The notes beneath the pieces were generated by a model that was not told where the DNA came from, ran no database searches, and saw only the letters and a list, made by a program, of their open reading frames with translations. This document shows, piece after piece, positions 44,001 through 61,700 of a stretch of 64,000 bases of DNA (its first letter is position 1; each line of letters begins with the position of its first letter). The stretch lies in NCBI GenBank assembly GCA_009914755.4, contig CP068257.2, positions 1,536,001-1,600,000 on the forward strand, in the 5' to 3' direction. A program made the translations under genes and the position numbers. The stretch is from the human T2T-CHM13v2.0 reference genome, Homo sapiens.

Positions 44001-47000
44001 GAAATTACATCAAATATATATTATATTAGGTACATAAAATATGAAAGTACATCAAATATAGATTATATACTGTACATTAAATACCAAAGTACCCCAAATA
44101 TATATTTTATACTGTACATGAAATATCAAAGTTCACAAACTATATATTATATACTGTACATAAAATATCAAAGTACCCAAGGTATATATTCTATACTGTA
44201 CAAAAAATATCAAAGTACCCAAAGCATGTATTATATACTGTATGTAAAATATGAAAGTACATCAAATATATATTTTATTGTGTACATAAAATATCAAAGT
44301 ACACCAGATATGTATTCTATAGTGTACATAAAATATCAAATTACCCAAACTATACATTATATACTGTACAGAAAATATGAAATTACAGCAAATATATATT
44401 ATATTAGGTACATAAAATATGAAAGTACATCAAATATAGATTATATACTGTACATTAAATACAAAAGTACCCCAAATATATATTTTATACTGTACATGAA
44501 ATATCAAAGTTCACAAACTATATATTATATACTGTACATAAAATATCAAAGTACACAAGGTATATATTCTATACTGTACAAAAAATATCAAAGTACCCAA
44601 AGCATGTATTATAAACTGTACATAAAATATGAAAGTACATCAAATATATATTTTATTCTGTACATAATATATCAAAGTACACCAGATATATATTCTATAG
44701 TGTACATAAAATAACAAAGTACAAAAACTATAAATTATATACTGTACATAAAATATGAAATTACATCAAATATATATTAGGTACATAAAATATGAAAGTA
44801 CATCAAATATAGATTATATACTGTACATAAAATTTCAATGTACCCCAAATATATATTTTATACTCTACATGAAATATCAAAGTTCTCAAACCATATATTA
44901 TATACTGTACATATAATATCAAAGTACCCAAGGTATATATTCTATACTATACAAAAAATATCAAAGTACCCAAAGCATGTATTATATACTGTACCTAAAA
45001 TATGAAAGTACATCAAATATATATTTTATTCTGTACATAAAATATCAAAGTACACCAGATATATATTCTATAGTGTACACAAAATATCAAAGTACCCAAA
45101 CTATACATTATATACAGTACATAAAATATGAAATTACATCAAATATATTTTATATTAGGTACATAAAATATGAAAGTACATCAAATATAGATTATACACT
45201 GTACATTAAATACCAAAGTACCCCAAATATATATTTTATACTGTACATGAAATATCAAACTTCACAAATTATATATTATATAGTGTACATATAATATCAA
45301 AGTACCCAAGGTATATATTCTATACTGTACAAAAAATAACAAAGTACCAAAAGCATCTATAATATACTGTACATAAAATATGAAAGTACATCAAATATAT
45401 ATTTTATTGTGTACATAAAATATCAAAGTACACCAGATATATATTCTATAGTGTACATAAAATATCAAAGTACCCAAACTATACATTATATACTGTAAAT
45501 AAAATATGAAATTACAACAAATATATTTTACATTAGGTACATAAATTATGAAAGTACATCAAATATAGATTATATACTGTACATTAAATACCAAAGTACC
45601 CCAAATATATATTTTATACTGTACATGAAATATCAAAGTTCACAAACCATATATTATATACTGTACATAAATTATCAAAGTACCCAAGGTATATATTCTA
45701 TACTGTACAAAAAATATCAAAGTACCCAAAGCATGTATTATATACTGTACTTAAATATGAAAGTACATCAAATATATATTTTATTCTGTACATAAAATAT
45801 CAAAGTACACAAGATATATATTCTATAGTGTAAATAAAATATCACAGTACCCAAACTATACATTAAATACTGTAAATATATTATGAAATTACATCAAATA
45901 TATTTTATATTTGGAACATAAAATATGAAAGTACATCAAATATAGATTATATACTGTACATTAAATACCAAAGTACCCCAAATATATATTTTATACTGTA
46001 CATGAAATATGAAAGTTCACAAACTATATATTATATGCTGTACATAAATTATCAAAGTACCCAAGGTATATATTCTATACTGTACAAAAAATATCAAATT
46101 ACCCAAAGCTTGTATTATATACTGTACATAAAATATGAAAGTATATCAAATATATATTTTATTGTGTACATAAAATATCAAAGTACACCAGATATATATT
46201 CTATAGTGTACATAAAATAACAAAGTACACAAACTATACATTATATACTGTACATAAAATATGAAATTACATCAAATATATATTAGGTACATAAAATATG
46301 AAAGTACATCAAATATAGGTTATATACTGTACATAAAATATCAATGTACCCCAAATATATATTTTATACTATACATGAAATATCAAAGTTCACAAACCAT
46401 ATATTGTATACTGTACATAAAATATCAAAGTACCCAAGGTATATGTTCTATACTGTACAAAAAATATCAAAGTACCCAAAGCATGTATTATATACTGTAC
46501 ATAAAATATGAAAGTACATCAAATATATATTTTATTCTGTACATAAAATATCAAAGTACACCAGATATATATTCTATAGTGTACATAAAATAACAAAGTA
46601 CACAAACTATAAATTATATACTGTACATAAAATATGAAATTACATCAAATATATATTAGGTACATAAAATATGAAAGTACATCAAATATAGATTATATAC
46701 TGTACATAAAATATCAATGTACCCCAAATATATATTTTATACTCTACATGAAATACCAAAGTTCAGAAACCATATATTATATACTGTACATAAAATATCA
46801 AAGTACCCAAGGTATATATTCTATACTGTACAAAAAATATCAAAGTACCCAAAGCATGTATTATATACTGTACATAAAATATGAAAGTACATCAAATATA
46901 TATTTTATTCTGTACATAAAATATCAAAGTACACCAGATATATATTCTATAGTGTACATAAAATATCAAAGTACCCAAACTATACATTATATACTGTACA

Positions 47001-48700
47001 TAAAATATGAAATTACATCAAATATATATTATATTAGGTACATAAAATATGAAAGTACATCAAATATAGATTATATACTGTACATAAAATATCAAAGTAC
47101 CCCAAATATATATTATATACTCTACATGAAATATCAAAGTTCACAAACTATATATTATATACTGTACATAAAATATCAAAGTACCCAAGGTATATATTCT
47201 ATAATGTACAAAAAATATCAAAGTACCCAAAGCGTGTATTATATACTGTATATAAAATATGAAATTACATCAAATATATATTTTATTCTGTACATAAAAT
47301 ATCAAAGTACACCAGATATATATTCTATAGTGTACATAAAATATCAAAGTACCCAAACTCTACATTATATACTGTACATAAAATATGAAATTACATCAAA
47401 TATATATTATATTAGGTACATAAAATATGAAAGTACATCAAATATAGATTATATACTGTACATTAAATACCAAAGTACCCCAAATATATATTTTATACTG
47501 TACATGAAATATCAAAGTTCACAAACTATATATTATATACTGTACATAAAATATCAAAGTACCCAAGGTATATATTCTATACTGTACAAAAAATATCAAA
47601 GTACCCAAAGCATGTATTATATACTGTACCAAAAATATGAAAGTACATCAAATATATATTTTATTCTATACATAAAATATCAAAGTACACCAGATATATA
47701 TTCTATAGTGTACATAAAATATCAAAGTACCCAAAGTATACATTATATACTGTACATAAAATATGAAATTACATCAAATATATATTATATTAGGTACATA
47801 AAATATGAAAGTACATCAAATATAGATTATACACTGTACATAAAATATCAAAGTACCCCAAATATATATTATATACTCTACATGAAATATCAAACTTCAC
47901 AAACAATATATTATATACTGTACATAAAATAAAGTCCCCAAGGTATATATTCTATACTGTAGAAAAAATATCAAAGTACCCAAAGCATGTATTATATACT
48001 GTATATAAAATATGAAAGTACATCAAATATATATTTTATTCTGTACATAATATATCAAAGTACACCAGATATATATTCTATAGTGTACATAAAATAACAA
48101 AGTACAAAAACTATAAATTATATACTGTAGATAAAATATGAAATTACATCAAATATATATTAGGTACATAAAATATGAAAGTACATCAAATATAGATTAT
48201 ATACTGTACATAAAATTTCAATGTACCCCAAAAATATATTTTATACTCTACATGAAATATCAAAGTTCTCAAACCATATATTATATACTGTACATATAAT
48301 ATCAAAGTACCCAAGGTATATATTCTATACTATACAAAAAATATCAAAGTACCCAAAGCATGTATTATATACTGTACCTAAAATATGAAAGTACATCAAA
48401 TATATATTTTATTCTGTACATAAAATATCAAAGTACACCAGATATATATTCTATAGTGTACACAAAATATCAAAGTACCCAAACTATACATTATATACAG
48501 TACATAAAATATGAAATTACATCAAATATATTTTATATTAGGTACATAAAATATGAAAGTACATCAAATATAGATTATACACTGTACATTAAATACCAAA
48601 GTACCCCAAATATATATTTTATACTGTACATGAAATATCAAACTTCACAAATTATATATTATATAGTGTACATATAATATCAAAGTACCCAAGGTATATA
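38050..48700. repeat. About 3.38-kb super-HOR (9 HORs, about 80 monomers) in about 3.1 tandem copies. The first copy contains an internal 1129-bp duplication.
   Basis: Landmarks sit at 3383-3386 bp spacing: 39233/42616/46002, 39492/42875/46261, 39865/43248/46634, and 41591/44977/48360. 41163 to 47932 is 6769 bp, or 2x3384.5. The marker variants QITQSLYYIL, ESISNIYFIV, QGICSIL and TSQIIYYIVYI recur in register. 38056 and 39185, and 37935 and 39064, are each offset by 1129. Confidence 0.8.
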
Positions 48701-51700
48701 TTCTATACTATACAAAAAATAACAAAGTACCAAAAGCATCTATAATATACTGTACATAAAATATGAAAGGACATCAAATATATATTTTATTGTGTACATA
48801 AAATATCAAAGTACACCAGATATATATTCTATAGTGTACATAAAATATCAAAGTACCCAAACTATACATTATATACTGTAAATAAAATATGAAATTACAT
48901 CAAATATATTTTATATTAGGTACATAAAATATGAAAGTACATCAAATATAGATTATATACTGTACATTAAATACCAAAGTACCCCAAATATATATTTTAT
49001 ACTGTACATGAAATATCAAAGTTCACAAACCATATATTATATACTGTACATAAATTATCAAAGTACCCAAGGTATATATTCTATACTGTACAAAAAATAT
49101 CAAAGTACCCAAAGCATGTATTATATACAGTACATAAAATATGAAAGTACATCAAATATATATTTTATTCTGTACATAAAATATCAAAGAACACCAGATA
49201 TATATTCTATAGTGTACATAAAATAACAAAGTACACAAACTATAAATTATATACTGTACATAAAATATGAAATTACATCAAATATATATTAGGTACATAA
49301 AATATGAAAGTACATCAAATATAGATTATATACTGTACATAAAATATCAATGTACCCCAAATATATATTTTATACTCTACATGAAATACCAAAGTTCACA
49401 AACCATATATCATATACTGTACATAAAATATCAAAGTACCCAAGGTATATATTCTATACTGTACAAAAAATATCAAAGTACCCAAAGCATGTATTATATA
49501 CTGTACCTAAAATATGAAAGTACATCAAATATATATTTTATTCTGTACATAAAATATCAAAGTAAACCAGATATATATTCTATAGTGTACATAAAATATC
49601 AAAGTACCCAAACTATACATTATATACTGTACATAAAATATGAGATTACATCAAATATATATTATATTAGGTACATAAAATATGAAAGTACATCAAATAT
49701 AGATTATACACTGTACATAAAATATCAAAGTACCCCAAATATATATTATATACTCTACATGAAATATCAAAGTTCACAAACTATATATTATATACTGTAC
49801 ATAAAATAAAGTCCCCAAGGTAAATATTCTATACTGTAGAAAAAATATCAAAATACCCAAAGCATGTATTATATACTGTATATAAAATATGAAAGTACAT
49901 CAAATGTATATTTTATTCTGTACATAATATATCAAAGTACACCAGATATATATTCTATAGTGTACATAAAATAACAAAGTACAAAAACTATAAATTATAT
50001 ACTGTACATAAAATATGAAATTACATCAAATATATATTAGGTACATAAAATATGAAAGTACATCAAATATAGATTATATACTGTACATAAAATTTCAATG
50101 TACCCCAAATATATATTTTATACTCTACATGAAATATCAAAGTTCACAAACCATATATTATATACTGTACATAAAATATCAAAGTACCCAAGGTATATAT
50201 TCTATACTATACAAAAAATATCAAAGTACCCAAAGCATGTATTATATACTGTACCTAAAATATGAAAGTACATCAAATATATATTTTATTCTGTACATAA
50301 AATATCAAAGTACACCAGATATATATTCTATAGTGTACATAAAATATCAAAGTACCCAAACTATACATTATATACTGTACATAAAATATGAAATTACATC
50401 CAATATATTTTATATTAGGTACATAAAATATGAAAGTACATCAAATATAGATTATATACTGTACATTAAATACCAAAGTACCCCAAATATATATTTTATA
50501 CTGTACATGAAATATCAAAGTTCACAAACTATATATTATATACTGTACATATAATATCAAAGTACCCAAGGTATATATTCTATACTGTACAAAAAATAAC
50601 AAAGTACCAAAAGCATGTATAATATACTGTACATAAAATATGAAAGTACATCAAATATATATTTTATTCTGTACATAAAATATCAAAGTACAACAGATAT
50701 ATATTCTATACTGTACATAAAATATCAAAGTACCCAAACTATACATTATATACTGTAAATAAAATATGAAATTACATCAAATATATTTTATATTAGGTAC
50801 ATAAAATATGAAAGTACATCAAATATAGATTATATACTGTACATTAAATACCAAAGTACCCCAAATATATATTTTATACTGTACATGAAATATCAAAGTT
50901 CACAAACTATATATTATATACTGTACATAAATTATCAAAGTACCCAAGGTGTATATTCTATACTGTACAAAAAATATCAAAGTACCCAAAGCATGTATTA
51001 TATACTGTACATAAAATATGAAAGTACATCAAATATATATTTTATTCTGTACATAATATATCAAAGTACACCAGATATATATTCTATAGTGTACATAAAA
51101 TAACAAAGTACACAAACTATACATTATATACTGTACATAAAATATGAAATTACATCAAATATATATTAGATACATAAAATATGAAAGTACATCAAATATA
51201 GATTATATACTGTACATAAAATATCAATGTACCCCAAATATATATTTTATACTATACATGAAATATCAAAGTTCACAAACCATATATTGTGTACTGTACA
51301 TAAAATATCAAAGTACCCAAGGTATATGTTCTATACTGTACAAAAAATATCAAAGTACCCAAAGCATGTATTATATACTGTACATAAAATATGAAGGTAC
51401 ATCAAATATATATTTTATTCCGTTCATAAAATATCAAAGTACACCAGATATATATTCTATAGTGTACATAAAATATCAAAGTACACAAACTATACATTAT
51501 ATACTCTACATAAAATATGAAATTACATCAAATATATATTATATTAGGTACATAAAATATGAAAGTACATCAAATATAGATTATATACTGTACATTAAAT
51601 ACCAAAGTACCCCAAATATATATTTTATACTGTACATGAAATATCAAAGTTCACAAACTATATATTACATACTGTACATAAAATATCAAAGTACCCAAGG

Positions 51701-53199
51701 TATATATTCTATACTGTACAAAAAATATCAAAGTACCCAAAGCATGTATTATATACTGTACATAAAATATGAAATTACATCAAATATATATTTTATTCTG
51801 TACATAAAATATCAAAGTACACCAGATATATATTCTATAGTGTACATAAAATATCAAAGTACCCAAACTATACATTATATACTGTACATAAAATATGAAA
51901 TTACATCAAATATTTATTATATTAGGTACATAAAATATGAAAGTACATCAAAGATAGATTATATACTGTACATTAAATACCAAAGTACCCCAAATATATA
52001 TTTTATACTGTACATGAAATATCAAAGTTCACAAACTATATATTATATACTGTACATAAAATATCAAAGTACCCAAGGTATATATTCTATACTGTACAAA
52101 AAATATCAAAGTACCCAAAGTATGTATTATATACTGTACCTAAAATATGAAAGTACATCAAATATATATTTTATTCTGTACATAAAATATCAAAGTACAC
52201 CAGATATATATTCTATAGTGTACATAAAATATCAAAGTACCCAAACTATACATTATATACTGTACATAAAATATGAAATTACATCAAATATATATTATAT
52301 TAGGTACATAAAATATGAAAGTACATCAAGTATAGATTATACACTGTACATAAAATATCAAAGTACCCCAAATATATATTATATACTCTACATGAAATAT
52401 CAAAGTTCACAAACTATATATTATCTACTGTACATAAAATATCAAAGTACCCAAGGTATATATTCTATACTGTAGAAAAAATATCAAAGTACCCAAAGAA
52501 TGTATTATATACTGTACATAAAATATGAAATTACATCAAATATATATTTTATTCTGTACATAAAATATCAAAGTACACCAGATATATATTCTATAGTGTA
52601 CATAAAATATCAAAGTACCCAAACTATACATTATATACTGTACATAAAATATGAAATTACATCAAATATTTATTATATTAGGTACATAAAATATGAAAGT
52701 ACATCAAATATAGATTATATACTGTACATTAAATACCAAAGTACCCCAAATATATATTTTATACTGTACATGAAATATCAAAGTTCACAAACTATATATT
52801 ATATACTGTACATAAAATATCAAAGTACCCAAGGTATATATTCTATACTGTACAAAAAATATCAAAGTACCCAAAGCATGTATTATATACTGTACCTAAA
52901 ATATGAAAGTACATCAAATATATATTTTATTCTGTACATAAAATATCAAAGTACACCAGATATATATTCTATAGTGTACATAAAATATCAATGTACCCAA
53001 ACAATACATTATATACTGTACATAAAATATGAAATTACATCAAATATATTTTATATTAGGTACATAAAATATGAAAGTACATCAAATATAGATTATACAC
53101 TGTACATAAAATATCAAAGTACCCCAAATATATATTATATACTCTACATGAAATATCAAAGTTCACAAACTATATATTATATACTGTACATAAAATAAA

Positions 53200-55200
53200 G
53201 TCCCCAAGGTATATATTCTATACTGTAGAAAAAATATCAAAGTACCCAAAGCATGTATTATATACTGTATATAAAATATGAAAGTACATCAAATATATAT
53301 TTTATTCTGTACATAATATATCAAAGTACACCAGATATATATTCTATAGTGTACATAAAATATCAAAGTACCCAAACTATACATTATATACTGTACATAA
53401 AATATGAAATTACATCAAATATATATTATATTAGGTACATAAAATATGAAAGTACATCAAATATAGATTATATACTGTACATTAAATACCAAAGTACCCC
53501 AAATATATACTTTATACTGTACATGAAATATCAAAGTTCACAAACTATATATTATATACTGTACATAAAATATCAAAGTACCCAAGGTATATATTCTATA
53601 CTGTACAAAAAATATCAAAGTACCCAAAGCATGTATTATATACTGTACCTAAAATATGAAAGTACATCAAATATATATTTTATTCTGTACATAAAATATC
53701 AAAGTACACCAGATATATATTCTATAGTGTACATAAAATATCAAAGTACCCAAACTATACATTATATACTGTACATAAAATATGAAATTACATCAAATAT
53801 ATATTATATTAGGTACATAAAATATGAAAGTACATCAAATATAGATTATACACTGTACATAAAATATCAAAGTACCCCAAATATATATTATATACTCTAC
53901 ATGAAATATCAAAGTTCACAAACTATATATTATATACTGTACATAAAATAAAGTCCCCAAGGTATATATTCTATACTGTAGAAAAAATATCAAAGTACCC
54001 AAAGCATGTATTATATACTGTATATAAAATATGAAAGTACATCAAATATATATTTTATTCTGTACATAATATATCAAAGTACACCAGATATATATTCTAT
54101 AGTGTACATAAAATAACAAAGTACAAAAACTATAAATTTTATACTGTACATAAAATATGAAATTACATCAAATATATATTAGGTACATAAAATATGAAAG
54201 TACATCAAATATAGATTATATACTGTACATAAAATTTCAATGTACCCCAAATATATATTTTATACTCGACATGAAATATCAAAGTTCACAAACCATATAA
54301 TATATACTGTACATAAAATATCAAAGTACCCAAGGTATATATTCTATAATGTACAAAAAATATCAAAGTACCCAAAGCATGTATTATATACTGTACATAA
54401 AATATGAAATTACATCAAATATATATTTTATTCTGTACATAAAATATCAAAGTACACCAGATATATATTCTATAGTGTACATAAAATATCAAAGTACCCA
54501 AACTATACATTATATACTGTACATAAAATATGAAATTACATCAAATATTTATTATATTAGGTACATAAAATATGAAAGTACATCAAATATAGATTATATA
54601 CTGTACATTAAATACCAAAGTAACCCAAATATATATTTTATACTGTACATGAAATATCAAAGTTCACAAACTATATATTATATACTGTACATAAAATATC
54701 AAAGTACCCAAGGTATATATTCTATACTGTACAAAAAATATCAAAGTACCCAAAGCATGTATTATATACTGTACCTAAAATATGAAAGTACATCAAATAT
54801 ATATTTTATTCTGTATATAAAATATCAAAGTACACCAGATATATATTCTATAGTGTACATAAAATATCAAAGTACCCAAACTATACATTATATACTGTAC
54901 ATAAAATATGAAATTACATCAAATATATATTATATTAGGTACATAAAATATGAAAGTACATCAAATATAGATTATACACTGTACATAAAATATCAAAGTA
55001 CCCCAAATATATATTATATACTATACATGAAATATCAAAGTTCACAAACTATATATTATATACTGTACATAAAATATCAAAGTACCCAAGGTATATATTC
55101 TATACTGTAGAAAAAATATCAAAGTACCCAAAGCATGTATTATATACTGTACATAAAATATGAAATTACATCAAATATATATATTATTCTGTACATAAAA
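53200..55200. repeat. Left copy of an about 2.4-kb (or larger) segmental duplication with offset 6354 bp.
   Basis: ORF ends 53951 and 60305, and ORFs 54349 and 60703 (253 aa each, 2 aa differences), are offset by 6354. The MKLHQ unit at 55286 has a counterpart at about 61640. The distinctive aaaataaagtccccaagg variant follows both 53951 and 60305. Confidence 0.65.
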
Positions 55201-58200
55201 TATCAAAGTACACCAGATATATATTCTATAGTGTACATAAAATAACAAAGTACAAAAACTATAAATTATATACTGTACATAAAATATGAAATTACATCAA
55301 ATATATATTAGGTACATAAAATATGAAAGTACATCAAATATAGATTATATACTATACATAAAATTTCAATGTACCCCAAATATATATTTTATACTCTACA
55401 TGAAATATCAAAGTTCACAAACCATATATTATATACTGTACATAAAATATCAAAATACCCAAGGTATATATTCTATAATGTACAAAAAATATCAAAGTAC
55501 CCAAAGCGTGTATTATATACTGTATATAAAATATGAAATTACATCAAATATATATTTTATTCTGTACATAAAATATCAAAGTACACCAGATATATATTCT
55601 ATAGTGTACATAAAATATCAAAGTACCCAAACTATACATTATATACTGTACATAAAATATGAAATTACATCAAATATTTATTATATTAGGTACATAAAAT
55701 ATGAAAGTACATCAAATATAGATTATATACTGTACATTAAATACCAAAGTACCCCAAATATATATTTTATACTGTACATGAAATATCAAAGTTCACAAAC
55801 TATATATTATATACTGTACATAAAATATCAAAGTACCCAAGGTATATATTCTATACTGTACAAAAAATATCAAAGTACCCAAAGCATGTATTATATACTG
55901 TACCTAAAATATGAAAGTACATCAAATATATATTTTATTCTGTACATAAAATATCAAAGTACACCAGATATATATTCTATAGTGTACATAAAATATCAAT
56001 GTACCCAAACTATACATTATATACTGTACATAAAATATGAAATTACATCAAATATATTTTATATTAGGTACATAAAATATGAAAGTACATCAAATATAGA
56101 TTATATACTGTACATTAAATACCAAAGTACCCCAAATATATATTTTATACTGTACATGAAATATCAAAGTTCACAAACTATATATTATATACTGTACATA
56201 TAATATCAAAGTACCCAAGGTATATATTCTATACTGTACAAAAAATAACAAAGTACCAAAAGCATGTATAATATACTGTACATAAAATATGAAAGTACAT
56301 CAAATATATATTTTATTCTGTACATAAAATATCAAAGTACACCAGATATATATTCTATAGTGTACATAAAATATCAAAGTACCCAAACTATACATTATAT
56401 ACTGTACATAAAATATGAAATTACATCAAATATATATTATATTATGTACATAAAATATGAAAGTACATCAAATATAGATTATATACTGTACATTAAATAC
56501 CAAAGTACCCCAAATATATATTTTATACTGTACATGAAATATCAAAGTTCACAAACTATATATTATATACTCTACATAAATTATCAAAGTACCCAAAGTA
56601 TATATTCTATACTGTACAAAAAATATCAAAGTACCCAAAGCATGTATTATATACTGTACATAAAATATGAAAGTACATCAAATATATATTTTATTCTGTA
56701 CATAATATATCAAAGTACACCAGATATATATTCTATAGTGTACATAAAATAACAAAGTACACAAACTACACATTATATACTGTACATAAAATATGAAATT
56801 ACATCAAATATATATTAGGTACATAAAATATGAAAGTACATCAAATATAGATTATATACTGTACATAAAATATCAATGTACCCCAAATATATATTTTATA
56901 CTATACATGAAATATCAAAGTTCACAAACCATATATTGTATACTGTACATAAAATATCAAAGTACCCAAGGTATATGTTCTATACTGTACAAAAAATATC
57001 AAAGTACCCAAAGCATGTATTATATACTGTACATAAAATATGAAAGTACATCAAATATATATTTTATTCCGTACATAAAATAGGAAAGTACACCAGATAT
57101 ATATTCTATAGAGTACATAAAATATCAAAGTACACAAACTATACATTATATACTGTACATAAAATATGAAATTACATCAAATATATATTATATAAGGTAC
57201 ATAAAATATGAAAGAATATCAAATATAGATTATATACAGTACATTAAATACCAAAGAAACCCAAATATATATTATATACTCTACATGAAATATCAAAGTT
57301 CACAAACTATATATTATATACTGTACATAAAATATCAAAGTACCCAAGGTATATATTCTATACTGTACAGAAAATATCAAAGTACCCAAAGCATGAATTA
57401 TATACTGTATATAAAATATGAAAGTACATCAAATATATATTTTATTCTGTACATAAAATATCAAAGTACACCAGATATATATTCTATAGTGTACATAAAA
57501 TAACAAAGTACAAAAACTATAAATTATATACTGTACATAAAATATGAAATTACATCAAATATATATTAGGTACATAAAATATGAAAGTACATCAAATATA
57601 GATTATATACTGTACATAAAATATCAATGTACCCCAAATATATATTTTATACTCGACATGAAATATCAAAGTTCACAAACCATATAATATATACTGTACA
57701 TAAAATATCAAAGTACCCAAGGTATATATTCTATAGTGTACAAAAAATATCAAAGTACCCAAAGCATGTATTATATACTGTACATAAAATATGAAAGTAC
57801 ATCAAATATATATTTTATTCTGTACATAAAATATCAAAGTACACCAGATATATATTCTATAGTGTACATAAAATATCAAAGTACCCAAACTATACATTAT
57901 ATACTATACATAAAATATGAAATTACATCAAATATATATTATATTAGGTACAAAAAATATGAAAGTACATCAAATATAGATTATATACTGTACATTAAAT
58001 ACCAAAGTACCCCAAATATATATTTCATACTGTACAAGAAATATCAAAGTTCACAAACTATATATTATATACTGTACATAAAATATCAAAGTACCTAAGG
58101 TATATATTCTATACTGTACAAAAAATATCAAAGTACCCAAAGCAAGTATTATATACTGTACCTAAAGTATGAAAGTACATCAAATATATATTTTATTCTG

Positions 58201-59549
58201 TACATAAAATATCAAAGTACACCAGATATATATTCTATAGTGTACATAAAATATCAAAGTACCCAAACTATACATTATATACTGTACATAAAATATGAAA
58301 TTACATCAAATATATATTATATTAGGTACATAAAATATGAAAGTTCATCAAATATAGATTATACACTGTACATAAAACATCAAAGTACCCCAAATATATA
58401 TTATATACTCTACATGAAATATCAAAGTTCACAAACTATATATTATATACTGTACATAAAATAAAGTCCCCAAGGTATATATTCTATACTGTAGAAAAAA
58501 TATCAAAGTACCCAAAGCATGTATTATATACTGTATATAAAATATGAAAGTACATCAAATATATATTTTATTCTGTACATAATATATCAAAGTACACCAG
58601 ATATATATTCTATAGTGTACATAAAATAACAAAGTACAAAAACTATAAATTAATATACTCTACATAAAATATGAAAGTACATCAAATATAGATTATATAC
58701 TGTACATAAAATTTCAATGTACCCCAAATATATATTTTATACTCTACATGAAATATCAAAGTTCACAAACCATATATTATATACTGTACATAAAATATCA
58801 AAGTACCCAAGGTATATATTCTATACTATACAAAAAATATCAAAGTACCCAAAGCATGTATTATATACTGTACCTAAAATATGAAAGTACATCAAATATA
58901 TATTTTATTCTGTACATAAAATATCAAAGTACACCAGATATATATTCTACAGTGTACATAAAATATCAAAGTACCCAAACTATACATTATATACTGTAAA
59001 TAAAATATGAAATTACATCAAATATATTTTATATTAGGTACATAAAATATGAAAGTACATCAAATATAGATTATATACTGTACATTAAATACCAAAGTAC
59101 CCCAAATATATATTTTATACTGTACATGAAATATCAAAGTTCACAAACTATATATTATATACTGTACATAAATTATCAAAGTACCCAAGGTATATATTCT
59201 ATACTGTACAAAAAATATCAAAGTACCCAAAGCATGTATTATATACTGTACATAAAATATGAAAGTACATCAAATATATATTTTATTCTGTACATAATAT
59301 ATCAAAGTACACCAGATATATATTCTACAGTGTACATAAAATAACAAAGTACACAAACTATACATTATATACTGTACATAAAATATGAAATTACATCAAA
59401 TATATATTAGGTACATAAAATATGAAAGTACATCAAATATAGATTATATACTGTACATAAAATATCAATGTACCCCAAATATATATTTTATACTATACAT
59501 GAAATATCAAAGTTCACAAACCATATATTGTGTACTGTACATAAAATAT

Positions 59550-61700
59550 CAAAGTACCCAAGGTATATGTTCTATACTGTACAAAAAATATCAAAGTACC
59601 CAAAGCATGTATTATATACTGTACATAAAATATGAAAGTACATCAAATATATATTTTATTCCGTACATAAAATATCAAAGTACACCAGATATATATTCTA
59701 TAGTGTACATAAAATATCAAAGTACACAAACTATACATTATATACTCTACATAAAATATGAAATTACATCAAATATATATTATATTAGGTACATAAAATA
59801 TGAAAGTACATCAAATATAGATTATATACTGTACATTAAATACCAAAGTACCCCAAATATATATTTTATACTGTACATGAAATATCAAAGTTCACAAACT
59901 ATATATTACATACTGTACATAAAATATCAAAGTACCCAAGGTATATATTCTATACTGTACAAAAAATATCAAAGTACCCAAAGCATGTATTATATACTGT
60001 ACCTAAAATATGAAAGTACATCAAATATATATTTTATTCTGTACATAAAATATGAAAGTACACCAGATATATATTTTATAGTGTACATAAAATATCAAAG
60101 TACCCAAACTATACATTATATACTGTACATAAAATATGAAATTACATCAAATATATATTATATTAGGTACATAAAATATGAAAGTACATCAAATATAGAT
60201 TATACACTGTACATAAAATATCAAAGTACCCCAAATATATATTATATACTCTACATGAAATATCAAAGTTCACAAACTATATATTATATACTGTACATAA
60301 AATAAAGTCCCCAAGGTATATATTCTATACTGTAGAAAAAATATCAAAGTACCCAAAGCATGTATTATATACTGTATATAAAATATGAAAGTACATCAAA
60401 TATATATTTTATTCTGTACATAATATATCAAAGTACACCAGATATATATTCTATAGTGTACATAAAATAACAAAGTACAAAAACTATAAATTATATACTG
60501 TACATAAAATATGAAATTACATCAAATATATATTAGGTACATAAAATATGAAAGTACATCAAATATAGATTATATACTGTACATAAAATTTCAATGTACC
60601 CCAAATATATATTTTATACTCGACATGAAATATCAAAGTTCACAAACCATATAATATATACTGTACATAAAATATCAAAGTACCCAAGGTATATATTCTA
60701 TAATGTACAAAAAATATCAAAGTACCCAAAGCATGTATTATATACTGTACATAAAATATGAAATTACATCAAATATATATTTTATTCTGTACATAAAATA
60801 TCAAAGTACACCAGATATATATTCTATAGTGTACATAAAATATCAAAGTACCCAAACTATACATTATATACTGTACATAAAATATGAAATTACATCAAAT
60901 ATTTATTATATTAGGTACATAAAATATGAAAGTACATCAAATATAGATTATATACTGTACATTAAATACCAATGTACCCCAAATATATATTTTATACTGT
61001 ACATGAAATATCAAAGTTCACAAACTATATATTATATACTGTACATAAAATATCAAAGTACCCAAGGTATATATTCTATACTGTACAAAAAATATCAAAG
61101 TACCCAAAGCATGTATTATATACTGTACCTAAAATATGAAAGTACATCAAATATATATTTTATTCTGTACATAAAATATCAAAGTACACCATATATATAT
61201 TCTATAGTGTACATAAAATATCAAAGTACCCAAACTATACATTATATACTGTACATAAAATATGAAATTACATCAAATATATATTATATTAGGTACATAA
61301 AATATGAAAGTACATCAAATATAGATTATACACTGTACATAAAATATCAAAGTACCCCAAATATATATTATATACTCTACATGAAATATCAAAGTTCACA
61401 AACTATATATTATATACTGTACATAAAATATCAAAGTACCCAAGGTATATATTCTATACTGTAGAAAAAATATCAAAGTACCCAAAGCATGTATTATATA
61501 CTGTACATAAAATATGAAATTACATCAAATATATATTTTATTCTGTACATAAAATATCAAAGTACACCAGATATATATTCTATAGTGTACATAAAATAAC
61601 AAAGTACACAAACTATAAATTATATACTGTACATAAAATATGAAATTACATCAAATATATATTAGGTACATAAAATATGAAAGTACATCAAATATAGATT
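59550..61700. repeat. Right copy of the 6354-bp-offset duplication.
   Basis: Same evidence as the left copy. In addition, 51144 and 59385 (with 50885 and 59126) share a QGICSIL/FIPYIK-marked block at offset 8241, and the same block also starts at 56793. Confidence 0.6.
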
